Below are positions 11,923 through 24,459 of a stretch of 48,222 nt of DNA, piece after piece. Source of the DNA: Priapulus caudatus (lineage: Eukaryota). The position numbers and the translations under genes are program-made. The notes below the pieces were generated by a model. It had not been told where the DNA came from. It made no database searches and was given only the letters and a program-made list of their open reading frames with translations. Within the stretch, counting starts at the first letter, position 1; each line of letters opens with the position of its first letter. The stretch covers positions 970,722-1,018,943 of the forward strand of contig NW_014577071.1 in the NCBI RefSeq assembly GCF_000485595.1, written 5' to 3'.

Positions 11923-12229
11923 TTATTACCTCCGCCAGGGGCTTGGCGGAGGTTATGTTTTCACCGGCGTGTGTTTGAGTGTTGGTTTGTGGGTTTGTGA
12001 ACATGCACGTTTCAGTTCACTTCCGCTAGGTGCGCTGGCTGTAGACTTACAAACACGCAACCACAGGCTAAGGGGCAACCACAGTCCTCTCCCACCTGCG
12101 CGCTCGCACGCTCGCATTAATTAATTAATTAATTTTTCCACTTAATTAATTAATGAATTAATAAAAATTTTCACATTGAGAGAATTCAGCTGCCTTGGCG
12201 GAGGTCTGTGCTCTCCGAGTGCTCTAGTT
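11923..12229 (+). mobile_element. Helentron-associated non-autonomous element (HINE / DINE-1-like)
   Basis: 5' ttattACCTCCGCCA (11928) with adjacent inverted copy TGGCGGAGGT (11944); 3' subterminal inverted repeat ccttggcggaggt (12193); short hairpin gctctccgagtgc; terminal ctagtt; internal (TTAA)n; T-rich flanks with no TSD. This is the described HINE architecture. Confidence 0.8.
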
Positions 12230-12282
12230 ACATATATGATGGCTGTTAAATGATACATGAGTTTCCGGTAATGAGTTTCTGG

Positions 12283-12541
12283 TATTGCCGGTAATGAGTT
12301 TGTGTTAAATTTGTACATGAATTTGGCCAATTCCATGAGATGTATATCGTTAAGTTTTAATAAGTTATGTTTGATATAAAGTGGAGAAGCTCGAGACCAT
12401 TTAGTAGCAAAACTAATTAGTTTCATAATCTTATTCTGTTGTGTTATTACTGGTTTTAGCTCAGATATTGAAGCAGATCCCCAACTGAGGATAGCATATT
12501 GTAAGTACGGATAAACAAGTGCATAATATACTGTTAATAAA
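12283..12541 (-). pseudogene. Second copy of the LINE ORF2 remnant (allele or paralogue of 13443-13701)
   Basis: Ungapped match to 13443-13701 with 9 substitutions in 259 bp; reads LLTVYYALVYPYLQYAILSWG without the stop. Confidence 0.85.
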
Positions 12542-12734
12542 NNNNNNNNNNNNNNNNNNNNNNNNNNNNNNNNNNNNNNNNNNNNNNNNNNNNNNNNNNN
12601 NNNNNNNNNNNNNNNNNNNNNNNNNNNNNNNNNNNNNNNNNNNNNNNNNNNNNNNNNNNNNNNNNNNNNNNNNNNNNNNNNNNNNNNNNNNNNNNNNNNN
12701 NNNNNNNNNNNNNNNNNNNNNNNNNNNNNNNNNN
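12542..12734. other. Assembly gap (193 N)
   Basis: Run of N. Confidence 1.
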
Positions 12735-12853
12735 TTAATTAATTAATTAATAAAAAAATTTACATTGAGAGAATTCAGCTGCCTTGGCGGAGGTCTGTGC
12801 TCTCCGAGTGCTCTAGTTACATATATGATGGCTGTTAAATGATACATGAGTTT
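12735..12853 (+). repeat. Duplicate of the HINE 3' end and flank (matches ~12142-12264)
   Basis: Near-identical acattgagagaattcagctgccttggcggaggtctgtgctctccgagtgctctagttacatatatgatggctgttaaatgatacatgagttt on both sides of the gap. Confidence 0.92.
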
Positions 12854-13220
12854 AACATAAGTAAGGATATATAATGAAAGATAAATGACGATAAAGCAAA
12901 AGAAAACAGATATGAACAGTCAAATAGATTAACACAACAAAACATAATTACAACGAACAATAACTCAAGAGAATCAGAAATAACAAGTAAATAAATAAAC
13001 TAACTGGTATGCAACATCATAATTTAAACGTACAGTTTACACAAGATCAACAAATGCTGAATGTTATGAAGAGGTATGATATATAAACATAATTGCACTT
13101 AAAAACCCAAAGAAACATAGTGCTCATATGATAAATTCTTTATACAACAAACTTAACTAGCTATATATACAGTTGCACATATGAAAATTATTAGAGCTGA
13201 GTAGTTATTGCAAGTAGTCC

Positions 13221-13739
13221 TTAGTAATTAGATACGAGATGGTATTTGTAAGTTTTGACAAACTTGAAAAGGTTAAGCAGTTTTAGTTCATGGTTGAGGG
13301 AAGCCCAAAGTTTCACACCTCGATATTTTAGTGTTTTTAAACCCATGGATGTAGAAAAACGGGGAAGATGGTAATTGGAATATGGAGAATATCTTGTATA
13401 GTGAAAATGAATTTTATTTGTTTTTTGGTAATAGTTGCAAAATATTGCCGGTAATGAGTTTGTGTTAAATGTGTACATGAATTTGGCCAATTCCATGAGA
13501 TGTATATCGTTAAGTTTTATTAATTTATGTTTGAGATAAAGTGGAGAGGCTCGAGACCATTTAGTAGCAAAACTAATTAGTTTGATAATCTTATTCTGCT
13601 GTGTTATTACTGGTTTTAGCTCAGATATTGAAGCAGATCCCCAACTGAGGATAGCATATTGTAATTACGGATAAGCAAGTGCATAATATACTGTTAATAA
13701 AGACTTAGTGTCAACATAATATCTTCTAACCCTAGCAAG
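13221..13739 (-). pseudogene. LINE ORF2 (reverse transcriptase polyprotein) C-terminal remnant
   Basis: LARVRRYYVDTKSLLTVYYALAYP*LQYAILSWGSA...QQNKIIKLI...SPLY...LNDIHLMELAKFMY...HFHYTR...TLKYRGVKLWASL...YKYHL; in-frame stop at 13665-13667; RT core absent. Confidence 0.85.
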
Positions 13740-13859
13740 ACCGTTTCTTGGAGCTAGTTTTCATCCAGCCTTATACCAGCTTTTAATATTTGTTGTCTTA
13801 ACTCTATATATGAATTTTAGTAAAGCTATAGGTACGATGGTTAATATACTTGCGTAGTA

Positions 13860-13922
13860 TCAAGAGCTAAAAATACCTCGAGCTAATCAAGAGCTATAAT
13901 TAAGAGCTAATTAAGAGCTATT
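13860..13922 (+). repeat. Short cluster of AAGAGCTA repeats (5 copies, one variant)
   Basis: tcaagagcta...cgagcta.tcaagagcta.ttaagagcta.ttaagagcta. Confidence 0.75.
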
Positions 13923-14042
13923 AACTCTGAGTATGTAGCATCAGTGCATGTGTACACGAAGTGCTTTGAACGCTAACAGCTTTACATTTTGCCAAAATTT
14001 ACTCGTGCGAACTTTAGCAGATTTTCGTCTTTATTTCGTGTT

Positions 14043-14186
14043 TATTATTTTAGATTACCCACATCGTGTCACGAGCTGATAATATATGTATTATTTTAGA
14101 TTACCCACATCGTGTCACGAGCTGATAATATATGTATTATTTTAGATTACCCACATCGTGTCACGAGCTGATAATATATGTATTAT
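14043..14186 (+). repeat. Perfect 46-bp tandem repeat, about 3.1 copies
   Basis: tattattttagattacccacatcgtgtcacgagctgataatatatg starts at 14043, 14089 and 14135. Confidence 0.97.
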
Positions 14187-14301
14187 CACTTCTTGACCGT
14201 GTACTACCGTAATCCCACACTAAAAACGATATTGACCTCAATTAAACCTAGCAGAAATGAACTTTTCGTGGCGCAGTAATTCTTTATCATATTGGGTTCC
14301 T

Positions 14302-14540
<239 letters not shown>

Positions 14541-15079
14541 GTGCCAGCTGACATAGCATTTGGGAATCCTACCAGCTGTTACTCAGACAGGCCTACATCG
14601 CTTCAAGTTTGCGCACGTCAGTCGTGCCTATACTGACTTTTTCTTTTAAGACAGGTGCATGCCTTGGAAATTTTCGGCGAAAATTTTCATTCTTAATGGG
14701 TTGCGTTTTTAGTCAAAACCCAAAATTGGCTACGCGCGTCGAAAGCTCTTCGGATACGATCGCGCATGCGGAGCTAGCGTGTATCGCGTATTCTCGTACG
14801 TAGTTGGCGGTAACTTGTTAGCGCTAGACAGCCGGCCACGAGATGCATGTTGATGCTTAACTAAACACGAGATATAGTCCACGAATACCTCGTGGATTTG
14901 CACAGAGCTGTCGTCTGCGTTCTGGCGCCAGTAGTGTTGAGAGGGAGGCGGGGTTCGCTGCGAAGTGCTTTCCATACTAATTACGAACGTTAATCGGACA
15001 CCGCGTACAAAACGGCTTTTTAGCAGGTTCTCTTTACATCTGCTGAAACACTATCACGCAATTAATTGAGTCGCGAAGG

Positions 15080-15126
15080 TATATATATATATATATATCA
15101 AGATATATATATATATATATATATAT
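15080..15126 (+). repeat. (TA)n microsatellite
   Basis: Directly visible. Confidence 0.95.
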
Positions 15127-17039
15127 GCAAAAAACGCGCAGTCGCTCGAATTGCCGCTAAATGTACACAAATTACAATATATATCCGATGACTAATGGAC
15201 GGATGCAAAATGCTAATTTATTAATTCCATTTAAAGGATCGGTATTTGTTTTAGACGGAGTAGACTGCTATTATGCATTCCCATCACACGGACAATATTG
15301 CATGAAAATATCAGGCAAGCACTGCTAGCATTCAAGTCGCGTAAACTTTTAATTAATTTGCTTATAATATGTTCAGTAATGGGTATAGCTGAATGCATTA
15401 TGCAGAACTATTTTTATGAAAAGGGTCGGCGTAAGGTAGAGTATTATTATAATATTACATACATAAATTGGAAACATGGATAAGGATAAGGATGCATAGA
15501 AATAAAACATGAAAAGCCTTGCATTAATAATGATATTAATTGTCGGATAAAATGGTAGCCGCACAATTAATCATAATCTTAATGCCTTTTTACAGGATTT
15601 AAATTGCTCTATGCGTTTAGATTTAGTTAAAAAGGCAGAGTAGTGCATTACATATGTCGCCATGCACGGCATTTGTTAACAGGTAGAAACGCATAGAAGA
15701 CGTATTAGAGGGCAAGCTAGACATAGCGCAGAGAAGTACGATAACTGCTGATATAATAATCTTTAAGGTTAGATAAGGGAGAGACACGCTACATTCAACT
15801 GCCTGACTTGCAATTTCAAATGCATTTCGGCTTGTGGCAATCTATCTGTACCTAGCTAGTAGCTAGTATCTAGAACCTAGTTAGTAGTTGCGGTTTTCCT
15901 TCTCAGTCATTTACGCCTGCGGTGTTACTTATATAACAGCAAGCGGTATCGTTAACGAGAAATATTACTGCATTCTGCCTTTGCATTTTGTTTAATCACG
16001 CATTGACAATTTAGAACAGCTGGTAAAATGCGAGGTATTATAATAAGTGAATGCATTATAATGTCCCCGTTGTTAATCGTAAATGTAAATGATATTTTAA
16101 AGCAACGATAGCGATTGCATCTTTTATGCGTAGTCTCAACCATAGAAATAATATACTAGGTAGATATAGGTAGATCTCTATATGTATTTCTATGATCTCA
16201 GATAGACGCAGCACAACATACAGCATAAACGAACATCTTCCTTGGTTTGTCAACGTGCTGGATTGGGTAGCAGGGAGAAATATATAAAACCATGTGTTTT
16301 CCGGTATCGATCGACGTTCGATAGGATCAGGGTTAGATAATGACAAATTGATTTGTCAATTTGGTCAATCTACCCCTGGTAGGATGGATTTAGGATAATC
16401 GAATTTTATGTAACGAGTTGTATAATTACTATGCCGATCGCCAGTCTTGATACGCATCGAAATTAGGGAAGTCTTTTTTTAATTGTGTCGGTCGCGCAAG
16501 TTTCGCATGTAAAAAATTTTAAACGTTGATGTAACGAGATCATTATTTTACCTTTCTGTGAGGAAATGCTTACGGAATATACGGTCGTGGTTTTTATAGA
16601 CAAAGGTCAATGCACTTGTGTTTTGTATTAAGGGATTTTTCTAGGGATAGTAATAAAGTAATGCATAATATTAACTTATATTTCTTATCGTACACTACTG
16701 ATTGTTATAGCTGTCCGAATTATGCCAAATACCATCAGAAATTATTAAATTGTTCAGTCTATATACTCGGCATGTGACCTAGCAAATTTAATGGGTATTA
16801 AGAGCGTATTGCACTCCAGCTTCAGTTTCATTAATTGTCCACGTCGAGATTTTCGTTTAGCACAATCTGACGGAATTCCGTAAGCCCCCACATTTGCTGG
16901 AATCAAATCAAGAGAGACCACGGTCCGCGTAAATCAAAAAAGAAACCCTAACGAGATTCGATCGAGTAAAGTTGGGGCCTCAGTGGGATATTGTTGCGAA
17001 AGAAACTCGCGAGCTGGGAGCACATATTTCTAATCAGTC

Positions 17040-17068
17040 ATGCTGCTGCTGCTGCTGCTGGCGCTGAA
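17040..17068 (+). CDS. Possible first coding exon encoding a signal-peptide-like start (MLLLLLLAL-), speculative
   Basis: gtcATG CTGx6 GCG CTG AA followed directly by the consensus donor GTGAGT (17069-17074). Could equally be a (CTG)n microsatellite; no downstream exon identified. Confidence 0.2.
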
Positions 17069-17293
17069 GTGAGTATAATTGGCGAGAGTGCAGAAATAAA
17101 TTTACGAGTAGCCTTGCTATCGTGAAGCTCGGATAAGAGCTTAATGTCGGAGAGAATATAAGAACACGGCGTGGAATTAAACGCGCTAAAGGCTGCATGC
17201 ATTGGTTTTTCTGGCTCGCACCGAAATCCTTGCATGCATCTGACTTGATCTTTAACTTTGCGGATATATAATGAATTTGGTGTGACGCGACCC

Positions 17294-17362
17294 TGTGTGC
17301 GTGTGCGTGCGTGCGCGTGTGCGCGTGCGTGTGCGCGTGCGCGTGCGCGTGTGCGTGTGTGT
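17294..17362 (+). repeat. Alternating purine-pyrimidine (GT/GC)n tract
   Basis: Directly visible; a complementary (CA/CG)n tract lies at 18503-18633. Confidence 0.9.
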
Positions 17363-20300
17363 ATCGGTTCGTGGTTAGAACCCGCGCTAATAATAACCTC
17401 TACTCGGATGCAACGATGATCGCACTGGTTGTCATGCAACGCGTGCCGCATCGGATAAGGACATGAAAAAGCACTATCCCGATACTAGACCATTTTAATC
17501 GAAATGCGAATTTCTCTGACACTCAGATAGACAGATTAACGGAGATACCATACACAGACGAGCGTACGAAACGTGTTTGCCAATCTTACGCGGGGAACGT
17601 TCGCTATATATATACAGTACCGCAGCAGGGCATCGGTCGCATATCACATTGCTGCCGACGTCTTTTACGAGGCGTGATCAACTTATGATATTCGGACTCG
17701 AGGACTACTAAAATGCTGTCGTGCGTGAGCGCGTGGCAGTAAAACGCCAATTGTCGCACGGATGATGTCGCTGCGTTATCGCTGCTATTTCTCATGCCCG
17801 TGCCCCTCTCCCCTCGCTCGCAATGGACGTGTTTTAATGAGCAGTTCCGCTGGGAGAACTGATATATGGACGGCGTCGCAAAAATATCGCCACAATACCC
17901 GTTCCGATTTCACAGCGATGCGACTTTATTACAGACGGTAGCAGCTGTTTTATCGAGCGGTTGCGCCTATTGGGTGTAAAGATCACATTTTAAGCAATTT
18001 TCTTTTAGGCGCGGGAGATTTACGGCTGCACACCAAGCTGACGAGTTAAGACACTCGACAGGTCGGCTGAAACACGTCATATCTGACGACACGCAGCGTA
18101 TGTAATCGTACGACGTTCGATGATGAATGTTTAAATGTCGACATGCTGATGAAATGTTGTCAACGCTAACCTCGCTCGCATGCACCTGCTGAATACACCT
18201 ATTCTTGCAGCTGCGGAGCAACAATAGCCGTTGCCCTTTACGATTTTATCGCAGTTGGCGTTTTGCAGGTCTGCGATTAACCAAATACAATTGCGCAGCG
18301 TCTATTGTAGAGAAAGAATAGCGCTGGCTGTACGCCTATGCGGTTCAAAAACCCAGAGTTTTAGAAGAATTTCACAGAAGCGGATAATTACTTGCCAGAG
18401 ACGAAAACTCGTTCAGGAAATTCTGTTTAGATGAAGGCTGTATATCGCAGTGCAAATCAAAGAGAGATAAAGAGCGCCTTCGTGCTTGTAGTAACCTTCG
18501 TTCGCACACATGCGCGCACGTACGAACACGCACACGCAGATACGCACGCACGCACACACATACATATACAGACACGCGGACCCGCGCACACATACACGCG
18601 CAAGCACGCACGCCCACACGCCCACACGCACACTATTAATATACTCTGATAATTCAGTTTATTGGTCGTAACCTAAAATATTTTTACATGATTAGCTTAA
18701 ATTTACTATTTCTCCGGACATGCCGTGTAACGTAATAAAGCTTTATATTGATAAACAGGATGTGCATGATATAAACTGATTTAGCATCTAGCGCGAAAAG
18801 GCAATAGCATATCATGTCGATTTATAACACTGCTGCTACATGTAAATCCATGCACATAGATGCATATCGCTTCTGTAAAACTATATATAGATATAGATAT
18901 AGATATATAGATATAGTAAAACTATGTCTTCCTATGACAAATAGTGTCATAGGAGAGCGTATATATGCGTATGTCGTGTCATAGATGCTAGCAGAACAGG
19001 CTGAAGTATGGATGGTGTATCGTTGATGCTATCATACTTCTTACCTCTAACGCCTTCGCGTAGCTCAATAATGACGTAAAGTACAGTCAATGCCGCACAG
19101 TACAGCGCATGCGCCGGCTTACTACATAGTAACTATATAACGCGGAAACCCCGTTTTATTGCAAGGCTAACAAAACCCAACTATGAAATAAATCTCCAAA
19201 ATTGCTCTTTACGGTATTTTATACTATTATATTATTACGTAATCAATCAAGCCGATTACAATCTGGGTTTATTGCCATATTATGTGCTGATAAAGTCTAC
19301 GTACAGAATTCGCCCTGATTTTACGCGTATTATTTCCCGTTCACAGTAGCTACAATTTCTATGCTGTAGGTATGAGTTCGGAATAGCATGATTTAAAAAT
19401 ATAATCTCATTATTTTTGCTCTTTTGTTCTGGTTCAGAGTCTGGCTCACACACACACGCACGCACACATGCACGCACGCACGCACAAACACACACACGCA
19501 CAAACACATGCACGCACGCACGCACAAACACACACACGCGCGCGCGCACGCATGCACGCACACACACACGCACAACCACATGCACGCACGCACGCACAAC
19601 ACACACCGCACGCACACATGCAGCCACGCACCATAAACACACACACGCACGCACACATGCAGCACCGCACGCACACACACACACACGACGCACACATGCA
19701 CGCATACGCACGCACAAACACACACAGCCGCGGCGCGCGCACAGAACGCACACACACAGCACACGCACGCAGCCGCGCCCCCCACACGCACCACTTACCC
19801 CCACGCACATAACCACACACACACACACAAGGCAGCGAGGCCGTCACATCCACCAAACACAAATAGGCTATATATATATGGACGGCTGGAAACGTGACGG
19901 TCGCCTGTTCGGAAAATTACAAGATGGCGAATTCCAGCGAGCCGCGAATGATGCGCGAGTCTGTAACACTTTTTTTAATTAATTATAGTCCACATAATAA
20001 GAACTATATTCCATTAATTACACACGCGAGAGATAGCAACTTCGCACAAACGATTTCATTACCGACGGCAGGTTTTCACGTATAGAGGCGAACTGTCATG
20101 ACTGCAACCGGGTTGCCCGGACAACAGCTTTAATTACACCAACAGAGCGTTGCCCCGCGCGCCGTGTATAGAATCGCCTCAATTTTTCATGAGCATACAA
20201 ACTCGACAGTCGAACTGATGAACGTTGATGACGTCGCCTCATGCGGAATCCAGCGTGAAGTGCAACGCATCTATTAGAACAGAATTGAATAGTGGACATG

Positions 20301-23300
20301 CTGGCTGAAAGTTTAGGATAGAGGCTTGATTAATGACGCGAGGAGTCGCCAGCCTAAAAATCACGACCTCTAGGTCTTTAGATAAACGCAAAGGTTGGAG
20401 AAGGAGGTGCATGTTGACTGTTTGAACTGGTGCCAGTCTTGAAACGGCCGTGGCAAACAATACCAAGTGATGGTATTATATATCAAGAGCCTTATGATAA
20501 TAGATCTATGATCTCTGGTGCATGAACCTAAATGGAACTCTGCAGTACCTCGTCTGATAATTTCGCCAACTCTCAAACTCGAAAGGCTGAGTATGACATC
20601 TGAGGCCATGAAGGCGGAGGAAAGGTATAATACACGTGCATCGACTGAGGTGATTTTAACATCAAGTTATATCGCAGTGCGTAGGTGTCTATTAGAGTGC
20701 ATCACGTGTACCATGTGGGAATGTGAGTTTATATATGATAATAACTGAAGATAATCGGCCTGACCTTTTCGATAAATAGCGCATTCGACTTTGGACTATC
20801 GTTATCGTGTGTTGTTATCACGTGTTTTTTTTGGGCTAGAGTCATTGCGATACTTTTGCTGATCCGTATGTGGGATCACGTCACAGCCCGCTTCTCGCCG
20901 GTAGTCCACGCAAGAGCACCCGTATACCGAAACGCACGTGTAGCGGACCGTTCACACACCACGCACATACAACAAACACACACAAACACACAGCACACAA
21001 ATAAATATACACAACACACCACCACCCCCCTCCCCGCCAAACCACAAACACACACAAAGCACACACAGACAACACACACACACACAACACACACCCCAAA
21101 CATCACACACACCACACCCCACACACACACACTCACCACACACACACACACACACACACACCCACACTAACACACACACACACACACACACAACCCCCCC
21201 CCTACCACAATCCACACCACACACACTCCTCCCCACACACATACGCAGCACACCCACTCCTCATCTAAACCCACGCCTGCGAAGCGACAGGCAGACACAG
21301 GGCCGCGTGGGCGGGGGGGCGGGGCGCGATGATGAACCGGGAGCATCGGTAATGCCACCTCTCAGCTGGCTTTCCGCCGAATGTTTAACGCGCCACATGG
21401 CCAGATAACATAACCTAGCGTCGGCGTAGTGTACAGAGCAACGATGAAGCGGCAGCTTAAGTCGGTTATCGCAGTCACAAGTCAAGAAAGCGTCTGATGT
21501 TTAAGCGCACGCGTGCTAATGCACTCTAGAGGCAACTATCTCTGAATAGGCAGTGTGCTTCGCGCGCTAACATATCTTAAGCGCCTGACGCCTATGGTCG
21601 CTTCACTACATGGCAAATCAGAATGTCGCAAAAAGATACAACAAAAGTAGAAAATCCATTAGGATTCAGTAATGTTGGGCGCGGTGGCCGGATGTCATAA
21701 GGCAAACGTGATCTACAGAGCAAACAACACCGCTCACTAAGAGTCGATATGCGGCTAGCTAATTGAGAGTACGGGTGAGGAAAATCTACGTAGGCGACAG
21801 CGATTTTAAGGCCCAGGCTCGGCTTACTACGCCCCCCACGCCAGACGAAACCGTAATACACTACCCATAACAATACCGCGCCGCCGCACAACACCTCGTC
21901 CCAGTCACATAAGCATCACACCACACGCACAATATAGACATGCACCGTACCACACACATCACACAACACAACTGACACCACACCGAACGGCAACCAGCAC
22001 AACAACGTAGGTGTGACTGGTGGTGGTGTGTCTGTGTGTGTGCGCGCCGCGCGCGCCGCGCGTGTTGTTGTGTGTGTGTTGTGTGTGTGTGTGCTGTGCG
22101 TGTGTGTGTGTATGTGAAGAGAGAGAGAGAGAGAGAGAGAGTGTGTGTGGTGTGTGCTGTGTGGTGTGTGTGGTGTGCTGTGTGGCTCTGGTGTGCTGTG
22201 TGTGGTGTGTGTGGCGTGTGTGTGTGTTCGATGTATGTGTGTGTTTGTGTGTGGTGTGTGTGTGTGTGTGTGTGTGTGTGGTGTGTCGTGCGTGCTGTGT
22301 GATTGTTACTGTGCTACATGTTGCGTGCGTGTGGAATGTGGCGCGGCGTGCTGGTGTGTTATACCTGGTGTGTCGTGGTCGTGTGCTGCTGTGTTGTGGC
22401 GCGCGCGCGGTGTGTTTGTGTTGTGCAGCGTGTTGTGTTGTGGTATGCGCCGCCGGTACGTTGTGCGGCGTGTGTTTGTGTGTGTGCACGTGTGTGTGGT
22501 GTGTGCGCGCGTCCGTGTGTGTGTGGTATGCGCGCGTGCGTGTGTGCGTGCGTGTGCGTGCGTGCGTGCGTGCGTGTGTGCGCGCGTCCGTGTGTGTGTG
22601 TGTGCTTCTTGCTCTTGATGAAATTGACGGGAATTTCATGAGAATTACAATTTCCTCGTGATATGGTTTTTACCAGATGCCCGGAAGGGTACGCCACAAG
22701 CAATTTCTCATACATATATATACGAATCTCGTACATACGAATATCGAAACGTATTAACTTTCAACGGTAAATCTTTATATGCCGTAAGAGCATTTGACGG
22801 AGCTTAAGTTATTTTTCGATTAAGTAATTTCGAACTGTGAATATCACGTTCCAATTATCCTCTTGGATTTAATAGCTGGCATAACTTTATCCGTATCGGA
22901 ATAAAGATCATAATATTATTCGTAAATCTCATGCAAAAACGTTTAACCGAGACACTGCACTAAAGCCTAGTCGCTGAAGACTCGCGGCTTTCATTTGCGA
23001 ATGATTGAATTGCATTACTCCCGTATTCCCGTATACCTACTGCATGAAGCTACTAGCTAGCACTAAAGAACGTGGGTTTAAACAGCTCATAACATCCATG
23101 ACATGTTGTCTCTGCATTGACGCGATCAGTCAACGCGCATACTCTTGCCGGCAAAATTGTACAACCCAACATCCGGGAAGCAAACAAATCGGATACGATC
23201 AAAGTTTGCGAAAAAAAAATCTTTTTTATCATTTCTGCTTCTACTCTCTGTGATCGGTCGTTATGGCGGTGTTACGTAAGCGCCGAAGAATCGAGTAACT

Positions 23301-24459
23301 CTGTAAATATGCATGAATGTTATAGAGTAGGCCCCTACGTTATTTAGATATAGGCAGTACTCATGCAGTGACCAAACCATATAGTGATCCGAGTACATTA
23401 GCACATGCGTGCTTGGTACGCAAACTGTTATCTCAGTTTTCTATGAACGTCTTTATAAGCATTTGATTAAAATGTTATTTAGCTTCTTAGCATTTTAAGA
23501 CATTTTTATTTAATAGAAAATCTATTATTAGCATGCAAACTCACCCGCAATGTACGCATCTGTTAAATACTCCTACGTGTTAAGTGTTAAGTTAAGTTCT
23601 AAGGTGTTAGGTTCTAAGTGTTAAGTTACAGTGAAATCGCAAGTGCGTCTGTAATAGAAACGTTGATAGCACGTATTAGTTCTGTTTACGTTATTACAGA
23701 TCCATCCTTTTTGAAGAAAATAACTTGTTATTTTAATTTAAAAAAATTAAACAATTAATTAAAAAATTAAAATTAAATTAAGTTTATTACTAAAATTATC
23801 TTTATACATGTAATACATTTTAGTAAATGGTAACGGCTAAGTTGCAATCGAGAATTTCCTCAGTCACACGATATTTATAATAAAATGTGAAAACGCTGCG
23901 AGCCGTGTTTTCAAAACTTTACTAATTCAGAAAATGAACTCGACGATTTCCTCGGTTTTCCTATTTTCACACGAACTGCTACTCGTAAGAAATTTTGATT
24001 TTCGCGTCTCGATAAGTTTAGATTTAACCTAATGTAATTTAATTTTCTAACCAGGTCTTTAACCTAACCTTCTGCGTTGTTGTTAGAAACAGTGTAAAGT
24101 TAGGGAATAATGTTAATGCTATGCTAATGCTCACGACAACGCCAATGCAACGAGAATGGCGTTGACAGAAACGCATCGCAGCTAAGAGAAAACCTACGAT
24201 AACAGAAACTTAGTCATTGGTTATCACAGTGTTGCCGATTGGATGGGAATCGATCACAAAACTCAAATTCATATTCTATGTATTAGTAATCCTAGTCCTA
24301 TTATGTACTATATGTGCACGTCTATGTTTAGTTTATCTGATGAGAATATATGCATATTATGGTCTTTAATCATGTATAAATAATTAATGAAAACACAGCG
24401 TGGTCATGTCTTTATTCTGCAATGCAAGATATTATTCTACGCGGTAACTGAAGACGTGA

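Larger units (their letters stand above)
11778..13741 (-). mobile_element. 5'-truncated non-LTR retrotransposon of the CR1/L2 group (L2/Crack/Daphne-like): ORF2 C-terminus, long 3' UTR and tandem-repeat tail
   Basis: Minus strand ends in AATAAA followed by (TTTGAA)n (plus strand 11778-11812 aattcaaattcaaattcaaattcaaaaatgtttattc), with a stem-loop near 11869-11910. The translated remnant matches post-RT motifs of this group. Interrupted by a HINE and an assembly gap. Confidence 0.8.
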
